Of a stretch of 64,000 bases of DNA, positions 9,159-16,995 are shown in pieces. Each line of letters starts with the position of its first letter. The stretch's first letter is position 1. The translations under genes were made by a program, and so were the position numbers. The notes under the pieces were generated by a model, which was not told where the DNA came from, made no database searches, and saw nothing but the letters and a program-made list of their open reading frames with translations. Source of the stretch: Verrucomicrobiota bacterium (GTDB lineage Bacteria; Verrucomicrobiota; Verrucomicrobiia; Limisphaerales; CANJXF01); contig JAYVSV010000068.1 of the NCBI GenBank assembly GCA_043775015.1, positions 731 through 64,730 on the forward strand, in the 5' to 3' direction.

Positions 9159-10709
9159 TTATTCTCTTTCAACACCGCTGTTCCAATATTTTTTCATTTC
9201 TTCGGCGCTCGGAACTTTGAGCGGTCGAACAATTCGGAAGCCGAGAAACTGCGCGTCGGTCAAATACCAGATGCTTTTGGGCAACTGCGGATCTTGCATT
9301 TTCCAATCCTTGGTGGAGGCGCGTCGCACCGCACTGCGCAGCTTTTCCGGTTTGTCATCCCACGATCCGCCGCGCGCTGAATGCGGGTAGGGATTAGTCG
9401 CCTTGTTCCAAGGATTTTCCGCAACCGCATTCGCGAATTGCTTGTAGAATTCCGGGTCGTAACCGTCGATTGTCCATTCAGCCACATTGCCGTGCATGTC
9501 GTGCAAACCCCATGGATTCGCCTTTTTCTTGCCGACCTTCTGATATTTATAATCGCTGTTTGCGGCGTGCCATGCGTAGTCGCCTAGTTGCGCTACATCG
9601 TCGCCAAATGAATAAGTCGTTGTCGTTCCGGCTCGGCAGGCGTATTCCCATTCTGCTTCCGTGGGCAGACGATAGAAGTGCCCGGTTTTTGCGCTGAGCC
9701 ACTGGCAATATTTATTCGCGCCGTGTTGGGTCATGCTGATTGCAGGAAAACCATTTTTGCCCATGCCGAAACTCATCTCGACATACGGCTTCGTCGGTTT
9801 GGTAACGGCGTCGGCGGTTTCACTGATGTAAGTGCCATCGGCCTCTTTCTTTTTCTCAGCGGGATACATGAACAATTCGTATTCGTCCCAGGTCACTTCG
9901 CATTTGCCCATCCAGAACGGGGAAAGCTTTACCTTGTGCTGAGGGCCTTCGTCGGGCTTGCGGCTCGCTTCCGCGTCGGGACTGCCCATCGTGAATTCGC
10001 CGCTCGGGATGGGTAAGAGGTCAAACGCCACCTCGGTGCCTGGAATGATTTCCCTGATCTTTTTCATTTCCGCTTCCGTGTTTTCCTTTGAAGCAGCGAG
10101 AATGCTTTTGTGAATTTCGGCGACCACCGTCATTTCCGGGTCTTGAATCGGCCCGCCCGCTCCGCCGAGTTTCACACCCTCGGGCCAGACCGCGCCTTGT
10201 TCAACCCAAAGCTTTAAGTCGGCAATGGCTGTTTCTGAGAGCGGTCCGCCTTTTTCGAGAATCGGTTTAATGTCCCGGGCGAAATCAATTTTCTTCACGT
10301 TGACCAGCGTTAAATCGTCCGGCCACTTCGCACCTTCTGCGATCCATTGGCGAATAATTTCCGTCTGCGCTTTTGGCAACGGGCCACCTTTATCCTTGGG
10401 CGGCATCACCCGCTTGTTGTCTGCGGCGAGGATCATGTAAGTGTAAATCTTGCTTTTGTCCGCGTCGCCCGGCACGAGGTCGCTTCCCTTTTCGCCACCT
10501 TTCAGAGCGTCTGCCTTGGTCGAAAGATCGAATTCACCATTTTCGTGCGCGTTCTTTTTGCCGTGGCAGGAAAGACAATTCATTTCCAGAATCGGTTTTA
10601 CTTCTTTGACGAAATCGACCGCCGCGTGAGCGGATTGTGGAGAAAAGGTGCAAGCCAGAAGCGAAAGAACAGCCGTCCCGGTTAAAGCGAGTGAAGATTT
10701 ATTTTTCAT
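9159..10709 (-). CDS. Planctomycete-type cytochrome c domain fused to an FGE-sulfatase (SUMF1/EgtB/PvdO)-fold domain
   Basis: Signal peptide, CLSCH heme motif, F.MGS, RLPTEAEWEYACRAG, NPWGLHDMHGNVAEW, RGGSW and GFRIV. Confidence 0.9.
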   Translation of the reverse strand: MKNKSSLALTGTAVLSLLACTFSPQSAHAAVDFVKEVKPILEMNCLSCHGKKNAHENGEFDLSTKADALKGGEKGSDLVPGDADKSKIYTYMILAADNKRVMPPKDKGGPLPKAQTEIIRQWIAEGAKWPDDLTLVNVKKIDFARDIKPILEKGGPLSETAIADLKLWVEQGAVWPEGVKLGGAGGPIQDPEMTVVAEIHKSILAASKENTEAEMKKIREIIPGTEVAFDLLPIPSGEFTMGSPDAEASRKPDEGPQHKVKLSPFWMGKCEVTWDEYELFMYPAEKKKEADGTYISETADAVTKPTKPYVEMSFGMGKNGFPAISMTQHGANKYCQWLSAKTGHFYRLPTEAEWEYACRAGTTTTYSFGDDVAQLGDYAWHAANSDYKYQKVGKKKANPWGLHDMHGNVAEWTIDGYDPEFYKQFANAVAENPWNKATNPYPHSARGGSWDDKPEKLRSAVRRASTKDWKMQDPQLPKSIWYLTDAQFLGFRIVRPLKVPSAEEMKKYWNSGVERE

Positions 10710-10835
10710 TTCAATAATGCAATGGGCCAATTTTTCACGGCGACCAATTCAATGTCAATCTTGCATCAAAGTGAGACTGAAACGATCTGCCTTGATTCAA
10801 AACATTTTTTACGATTCGTGACTTCTGCAAATTGT

Positions 10836-10908
10836 GTAGCGGCGTCTCGGCAGAACGTCGCATTCATCCCATTCCACAATTTGCGGCTCTCTGCCGAGAC
10901 GCCGCTAC
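10836..10908. repeat. REP-like inverted doublet (GTAG + palindrome)
   Basis: Perfect 19-bp inverted repeat gtagcggcgtctcggcaga (10836-10854) / tctgccgagacgccgctac (10890-10908). Confidence 0.8.
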
Positions 10909-10977
10909 GACCGCAAGAGGCTTTTGCAAAGATTTTGCGTTGCAACTTTGGCGGACTGCCGCACTTTTGGAGTTGGG

Positions 10978-11967
10978 ATGAATTTGAAGAAATTGATATT
11001 GGCCGTCGCAGTTTTTCTGGTGTTGCTCGTCGCGGCTTTTCTTTTCATCAAACCACCGCCACTACCGCAGATTAAATTGCCGAATCCGAACGGCTACGAT
11101 GATCTGGTCAAGGCGGGTGAAATGTTTGTCGGAGAAAGGCCCGATTGTAATTTCAACAACAGTGACTGCATCGAGGATTGGAAGGCGTTTTTTGAAAAGA
11201 ACAGCGAAGCATTAAAGATGGTTCGTATCGGATTGAGTCGGGAATCGCGTGTGCCAATTGATCCTACGAATACCATTCGCGAATTATCTCTTTTGAAATT
11301 ATTGGCTCAAATTTTGCCTGCGGAGGGAATGGTGGCCGAAAAAGGGAATCGTTTGGATGATGCAATTACGAGCTATCTGGGTGTGATTCGTTTGAGCCAG
11401 CAGATGCATGGAGGAACGGCAGTCTACGCTCCTGTCAGTCTGGCCATTGAGTCGATTGGAATGCAGCCACTACGAAATGTGGTTAACACCATGACAGCCG
11501 AACAAAGACGAAGAGTTATCACAGCTTTAACTGAAATGTATTCCAACCGCGAAACGTTTGATGAAGTGATGGCAATGGATAAAATTTGGGAACGGCAATC
11601 CTCAACGTTAAGTGATAAAATTCAGAGTGTGCGTTTCTTTTTCTCGTCCAGAGATGTCGAACGGAAATTAAATTTAATGATGAAGGCTCGTCAAACGCGA
11701 ATGGGTCTGATGTTGATTGATCTGGCGGTCCGCAATCACGAAACGGAACAAGGTTCTCCTCCGAAGACGCTGCACGGATTGGTTCCAAAATATTTGCCCT
11801 TCTTGCCCAAAGACAATTTTAGCGGAAACGATTTTATCTATCGCCCGCAGTCGAACGGCTTCCAACTTTACAGCATCGGTTATGACGGAAAAGATGACGG
11901 CGGAAAACCATTGTCTGATAGAACGACAGCAGCAAAAGGCGACATGCTGAACACCTCGCCGTTTTAA
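10978..11967 (+). CDS. Membrane-anchored hypothetical protein with a GspG/pseudopilin-like C-terminal motif
   Basis: N-terminal TM segment; C-terminus PKTLHGLVPKYLPFLPKDNFSG..FIYR....FQLYSIGYDGKDDGG. Confidence 0.75.
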   Translation: MNLKKLILAVAVFLVLLVAAFLFIKPPPLPQIKLPNPNGYDDLVKAGEMFVGERPDCNFNNSDCIEDWKAFFEKNSEALKMVRIGLSRESRVPIDPTNTIRELSLLKLLAQILPAEGMVAEKGNRLDDAITSYLGVIRLSQQMHGGTAVYAPVSLAIESIGMQPLRNVVNTMTAEQRRRVITALTEMYSNRETFDEVMAMDKIWERQSSTLSDKIQSVRFFFSSRDVERKLNLMMKARQTRMGLMLIDLAVRNHETEQGSPPKTLHGLVPKYLPFLPKDNFSGNDFIYRPQSNGFQLYSIGYDGKDDGGKPLSDRTTAAKGDMLNTSPF

Positions 11968-12004
11968 ACGACCGCTCGCCCCCAATCTGATTTTTAATTT
12001 TCCT

Positions 12005-12889
12005 CTATCCTCGCAGGTAAACGTAAACCGCAAATACGACGGCCGCTAAACCGGCGGCGGCGGCAATCGACCAGAGAAAGTTCCGTTTTTGTGCGGCAAT
12101 GGCCAGAGTAGAAATGATCACTGCCATTTGCGCGGCGAGCATCCCGTAGAAAAACTTCGAACTGCGTCGATGATGCCGCTCAGCGGAAATGTTGTTCTTG
12201 CGGACCTGAAGTTCCAGAAGATTGGCGATGGTTTGGCTCAGGCGCGCTTCGGCGTCATAACGGGCGGAGTTGTAGTGCAGTCGCGCCACCGTGAAGCTGG
12301 CGCTCGCCGCCTTATCGGCAACCACTGATTTTTCCAGTTGATCAATTGATTGATTAACGGGCTTGGTGGCCGAGTCGAAAGCGATGCTGCGCTCCCTCGC
12401 TGCAGTCAGCGCGGCCGCGAGAGAATCGGGCGTCACACTGGCCAGCAGTTGCACAATTTCTTCCTCCGGCTTTTGTGTTTCGATGGCTTCGAGTGCGGCT
12501 TGCATCGGCGCGGCCAATGGCGCAGCGGCTGGAATCTCAGGCAACGAACTTTTTTGCAACGCGGCAATCACGCTGGCTCCAGCCGAAGCTGGTAATCGCG
12601 CAAAATCCAACGGTTGAATCGCGGCGGTCACGCTCAAAAGATCGAGCGTGTTGTGCTGAAGTGCGCTTCGCAATTTTTTCGCCTGGAAATAACTCCATTG
12701 ATCGCCCGCCTTGGATTGTTGCTGTGCAGCCAGCGAACGGTCGTATTGAGCGCGAGTCATTTCGCTTGAGGACAATCCCGCGAGCATCGTGGCGATCACA
12801 GTCATGATCACCGGCGTTGCGCTAAAAATTTTGCCCCATTTGGTCTGGGGCAGGTCGGCTTTAAGTTCGTCTGGTAATATTGTTTTCAA
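12005..12889 (-). CDS. DUF4337-like membrane protein
   Basis: VMTVIATMLAGLSS and AGDQWSYFQAKK motifs, C-terminal TM pair. TTG start, with an in-frame stop just upstream. Confidence 0.7.
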   Translation of the reverse strand: MKTILPDELKADLPQTKWGKIFSATPVIMTVIATMLAGLSSSEMTRAQYDRSLAAQQQSKAGDQWSYFQAKKLRSALQHNTLDLLSVTAAIQPLDFARLPASAGASVIAALQKSSLPEIPAAAPLAAPMQAALEAIETQKPEEEIVQLLASVTPDSLAAALTAARERSIAFDSATKPVNQSIDQLEKSVVADKAASASFTVARLHYNSARYDAEARLSQTIANLLELQVRKNNISAERHHRRSSKFFYGMLAAQMAVIISTLAIAAQKRNFLWSIAAAAGLAAVVFAVYVYLRG

Positions 12890-13126
12890 ATGGTTGGCGT
12901 TTCAAAACGACGGGAACGGCACCGGAATTTCGGTGCACTTCACGCAAATTTCTTCGGCGGGTTTAATCAGACTGGCTGAGGAGAGTCAAGGGTGTTCACG
13001 CAGGAATTGCTCGCATGGGCGAACTCGCAGACGATCAGAATCAACGGCGCTTCCAAGAGTGTTGCGCCCGAATGCGAGGCAATTCATGATTTCGCTGTGA
13101 CAGACGACGTCGCTCATATTTTGGAA

Positions 13127-13573
13127 ATGGATTTTGTCATCCTGCACTCCGTTTGTCTCGCCCGCAGCTTGAAGCACTGGACGGGGCGCGAGTTGTTACC
13201 CAGCCTTTCCGACGAGCGCGAATTGGCGCAAAAGATTTTTGAAGCGCCTTTCGTTCTCGTCTCACATGGCACCGAGACCGACCCGATTTTAAACTACGGC
13301 AATCGCGCTGCCCTCGAACTCTGGGAAATGTCGTGGTCGGAATTCACGAGCACGCCGTCACGGCTCACAGCGGAAGCGCCCAATCGCGAGGAGCGTGCGC
13401 GCTTGCTCTCAGCGGTCACGGAGCGCGGGTATATCGATGATTATTCCGGCGTGCGCATTTCAAAAGCCGGACGACGCTTTCGCATCGAGCGCGCGACCGT
13501 CTGGAATTTGACCAGCGAGATTGGCCAGCCTTGCGGACAGGCGGCGATGTTTGATCGCTGGCAATTTTTGTAA
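13127..13573 (+). CDS. Stand-alone MEKHLA (PAS-like) domain protein
   Basis: APFVLVSHGTETDPILNYGN and PSRLTAEAPNREER...GYIDDYSGVRISKAGRRF. Start uncertain (GTG 13097 is also possible). Confidence 0.88.
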   Translation: MDFVILHSVCLARSLKHWTGRELLPSLSDERELAQKIFEAPFVLVSHGTETDPILNYGNRAALELWEMSWSEFTSTPSRLTAEAPNREERARLLSAVTERGYIDDYSGVRISKAGRRFRIERATVWNLTSEIGQPCGQAAMFDRWQFL

Positions 13574-13686
13574 CTTGCGGGAATTTGATTTTAGCCGCGC
13601 CCGCTCGGAGAAATTGGGAAAAGTGGAAAAGTAATTGTCTCACCAATTCATTTGACAGCATCGCGCTCATCCGGCGCAATTGAGCC

Positions 13687-14469
13687 ATGAATTTTCAAAT
13701 TTTTTCTGCTGCGGCTCTCGCGGCTTTGCTCATTGGCGTAACCGGTTGCGCGACCTCAACCAAAATGACGGCCGACACCCGTTGTTATGAAATGCGTGTG
13801 TATTATGCGCCGCCCGGAAAACTCGATGATCTCCACGCGCGTTTTCGCGATCATACCACGAAGCTTTTCAAAAAACACGGGATCGAAAACATCGGTTATT
13901 GGGTGCCAGTGGATAATCAGGAGAACAAGTTAGTTTACGTGCTTCGCTACCCGACCCGCGATGCGCGCGATGTTTCATGGAAAGCGTTCATGGCCGATCC
14001 TGAATGGAAAGCGGCCCAGAAAAAAAGCGAAATCAACGGAAAAATTGTCGCCAAAGTGGAACAGACTTTTCTGCAACCAACCGATTTCTCACCCATGATT
14101 AAAACAGGCAATATGGCAAAAGGCGGCGTCTTTGAACTGCGCACTTACACCACGCCTCCCGGATTGCTGCCGAATCTTGACGCCCGTTTTCGCGATCACA
14201 CTGTCGCTCTTTTCAAAAAACATGGAATGAAGAACTGGGCCTATTTCCATAAAACGCCGAAGCAACCAGAGGCAGAGAACACGCTCATCTATTTTCTCGC
14301 GCACAAATCGCAGGATGCCGCGAAAGCCTCCTTCGATGCGTTCCGCCAAGACCCGGACTGGGTGGTCGCGCGCGATGCGAGCGAGAAAAATGCGGGCGGT
14401 TCGTTGACGATCAAAGACGGGGTTAAATCCGTTTTCCTCGTCCCGACGGATTATTCGCCGACAAAATAA
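13687..14469 (+). CDS. Lipoprotein with two NIPSNAP domains
   Basis: Lipobox VTGC; two repeats of (Y/F)E(M/L)RxY..PPG.L..L.ARFRDHT..LFKKHG. Confidence 0.85.
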   Translation: MNFQIFSAAALAALLIGVTGCATSTKMTADTRCYEMRVYYAPPGKLDDLHARFRDHTTKLFKKHGIENIGYWVPVDNQENKLVYVLRYPTRDARDVSWKAFMADPEWKAAQKKSEINGKIVAKVEQTFLQPTDFSPMIKTGNMAKGGVFELRTYTTPPGLLPNLDARFRDHTVALFKKHGMKNWAYFHKTPKQPEAENTLIYFLAHKSQDAAKASFDAFRQDPDWVVARDASEKNAGGSLTIKDGVKSVFLVPTDYSPTK

Positions 14470-14477
14470 AGCGGTGG

Positions 14478-14837
14478 TTAAAGCACGGGCGGTCCGTAGC
14501 TCGCGTCTCCAAACGCGAGAATCGGATAAAAGATGAACGGCAGAAAAAACAGGCCGACCCCGAAAGCAGCGCCTTTGCCGAAACCTTCCGCAACGCCCAG
14601 CGCCACCAAGAAAGCGACCACTACATTGACCAGCGGAATAAACAACAGGATTAACCACCAGCCGGGCTTGCCTGCGATTTTACAGAGCAGATAAACGTTA
14701 TAGATTGGAATGAAAGCTCCCCAACCTGGTTGACCAGCTTTCGTGAAAACTTTCCACATCGCGACGATAATCAGAACGAGGATCGCTAAAGGGATGAGTA
14801 GGCCGAGACCTGAACCTGAATCGCCAGTGTTATTCAT
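14478..14837 (-). CDS. DUF5684/DUF805-like small membrane protein
   Basis: WKVFTKAGQPGWGAFIPIYN...FGKG..FGVGL..LPFIFYPILAFG pattern. Confidence 0.8.
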   Translation of the reverse strand: MNNTGDSGSGLGLLIPLAILVLIIVAMWKVFTKAGQPGWGAFIPIYNVYLLCKIAGKPGWWLILLFIPLVNVVVAFLVALGVAEGFGKGAAFGVGLFFLPFIFYPILAFGDASYGPPVL

Positions 14838-14955
14838 GTTATTTTTTTGAGTTGAGGTTTACGAGTTTTACCAAAGTTTTGAATTTGTCGTTTGCTGCGC
14901 GGCATCAGACAGGGACTTGTTCACGGCGTCAAATACATTTCACGCCGCCCACGGA

Positions 14956-15876
14956 TTACTTCGGCATCTTCAAATCGGCCAAAGCTCGGCCTTCGCGTTT
15001 GCGAATGGTCGCTTCAACTTTCGGAACGTACATTTGCGTTTCGGCAGGTAGGCGGTGCGCAATTTCGTCGAAGGTGCGCGCTTTCTGTTTTCGCAGGAGT
15101 TCAGCGACGCGACCTTCGCCCGCGTTGTAAGCGGCCAAAGTCAGTCGCCAATCACCGAATCGATTATGCAACTGCCGCAAATAATGAGCGGCCGCTCGGG
15201 CGTTTTTATCGGGTTGCAAACGTTCGTCGCGCAAGAATCCAACCGAAAGATCCAGGCTGCGCGCCGTCGCCGGCATAAGTTGAAACAAACCAGCCGCGCC
15301 AGCCGGACTCCGCGCCTTCGCGTCGAAGGACGACTCCACTTCGGCCAGCCAAACCAACTCGGGCGGCACTCGTTCCGCGAGGAAAATTTTCTTCAATTGC
15401 GCAACTTGCTGAAACGCCAGCGACGGCATCGGACGTTGTTCGATCACTTCAATCCAAGCTTTGCGTTCGACCTTTGGCAACGGTTGCACGAGGCGGGTTG
15501 TGTTGGTGGAAACGGGGTTCGCGTCTTTGCGTAATTTTTCTGCGACCTCAAAATAATCGAGACGCGATTTCAGCCACACGGCGTAAGGCTGGGTTTCCTC
15601 GAACTGCTGGAGGAGGGGAAGGATTTGCGCCGCCGTCTCGCGCAATGAGCCAAGGTCATAAACGTAAGTTCCTTGAAATTGCCGCTCCAACTCCACGAGA
15701 AATTTTCGCGCTCGTTCTGCATCAAGGCCGAGAGCATCCAGCACCGAGTCATCCACGTTCTCGCGCAAAAATTGATTCGCCGAATCAATCACCTCGGCTG
15801 GTACAATCAATTGATCCTGGGCAAGGGCGCTGCCCGCAAAAAACATCGCGCCCAGAAAAATCCAAACGAATTTCAC
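14956..15876 (-). CDS. Lytic transglycosylase (SLT domain)
   Basis: LAEVESSF, SPAGAAGLFQLMPATA and LAAYNAGEG motifs; signal peptide. Confidence 0.92.
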   Translation of the reverse strand: MKFVWIFLGAMFFAGSALAQDQLIVPAEVIDSANQFLRENVDDSVLDALGLDAERARKFLVELERQFQGTYVYDLGSLRETAAQILPLLQQFEETQPYAVWLKSRLDYFEVAEKLRKDANPVSTNTTRLVQPLPKVERKAWIEVIEQRPMPSLAFQQVAQLKKIFLAERVPPELVWLAEVESSFDAKARSPAGAAGLFQLMPATARSLDLSVGFLRDERLQPDKNARAAAHYLRQLHNRFGDWRLTLAAYNAGEGRVAELLRKQKARTFDEIAHRLPAETQMYVPKVEATIRKREGRALADLKMPK

Positions 15877-15936
15877 AGACGCATGGTATCTGTTCTCGAT
15901 TGAAAAGCGCATCGTTTAAATCAAACTAAGCCTCAC

Positions 15937-16995
15937 GTGAACGAAGAAAATCCAGTCCAGCCATCGCCTGATTTGCCCAAGCCGCATCGACGCCGCCCTC
16001 GTTACTCGGGGAAAAACCCGCGTCGTTTTGAGGAGAAATACAAGGAACACAATCCAGAACGTTATGCGGAAACCGTCGCCAAAGTTTTAGCTTCTGGAAA
16101 AACTCCCGCCGGAATGCATCGGCCCATCATGGTTTCGGAAATTCTCGAAGTGCTCGCGCCAAGACCGGGCGAAATCGCCGTCGATTGCACGTTGGGTTTT
16201 GGCGGACATGCCCAGGAGATTTTGGCGCGCATTCAACCTGGTGGAAAACTGATTGGGTTCGATGCGGATCCAATTGAACTTCCGCGCACTGAGGCGCGTC
16301 TTCGTGCGCTCGGTTTTGGTGAGAAGGTTTTTTCCGTGCAGCGCAGCAATTTTGCCGGACTCGCGCAAGCGCTGGGCGCAATGGGCATCTCGGGTGTTGA
16401 TCTTATTCTCGCAGATCTCGGTCTCTCCTCGATGCAAATTGACGATCCATCGCGCGGCTTTTCCGTGAAGCAACATGGCCCACTCGATATGCGAATGAAT
16501 CCGCAACGTGGACAGCCCGCGTCGGCATTTCTCGAACGCGTCAGCGCGGAAGCCCTCGCGACGTTGCTGGTCGAGAATGCCGATGAACCTCGCGCCGCTC
16601 TTCTCGCGCCGCTGCTCGCTGGAAAATTGTTTGCGACCACCAGCGCGTTGACGAAGGCGATTCGTTCCGCCTTGCCGCGCTTGCACAAGGACGAAGCTGA
16701 CCTCACTGTCCGCCGGGTTTTTCAAGCGTTGCGTATCGCGGTGAACGATGAATTTTCAGCGCTCGAAACTTTTTTGCGTAATCTGCCGGGCTGTTTAAAT
16801 CCAAACGGGCGCGTCGCGATCCTGACGTTTCATTCCGGCGAAGATCGGCGCGTGAAAAAATGTTTTCAGATGGGACTGCAAACCGCTTTGTATTCCGAGA
16901 TTTCGCACGATGTCCTTCGTCCGTCTCCCGAAGAAAGACACGCCAACTCTCGTTCCACCCCGGCAAAACTGCGATGGGCGCGAAAACAATTTTAA
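15937..16995 (+). CDS. rsmH: RsmH (16S rRNA m4C1402 methyltransferase)-like protein with a basic N-terminal extension
   Basis: HRPIMVSE, DCTLGFGGHA, DLGLSSMQID, PLDMRM, FQALRIAVNDE and TFHSGEDRRVK motifs. Confidence 0.88.
   Translation: MNEENPVQPSPDLPKPHRRRPRYSGKNPRRFEEKYKEHNPERYAETVAKVLASGKTPAGMHRPIMVSEILEVLAPRPGEIAVDCTLGFGGHAQEILARIQPGGKLIGFDADPIELPRTEARLRALGFGEKVFSVQRSNFAGLAQALGAMGISGVDLILADLGLSSMQIDDPSRGFSVKQHGPLDMRMNPQRGQPASAFLERVSAEALATLLVENADEPRAALLAPLLAGKLFATTSALTKAIRSALPRLHKDEADLTVRRVFQALRIAVNDEFSALETFLRNLPGCLNPNGRVAILTFHSGEDRRVKKCFQMGLQTALYSEISHDVLRPSPEERHANSRSTPAKLRWARKQF

Noticed and set aside
9159-10100. FGE-fold domain as the maturase of the sulfatase at 22440
   Set aside because: It lacks the catalytic Cys pair of true formylglycine-generating enzymes.
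14495-14520. GTAG + small palindrome (gtagctcgcgtctccaaacgcgag)
   Set aside because: It lies inside coding sequence (FGDASY) and has no partner arm; probably chance.
14845-14887. Fragments resembling the 26.1-kb heptamer units
   Set aside because: The period is broken and there is no opposing arm.
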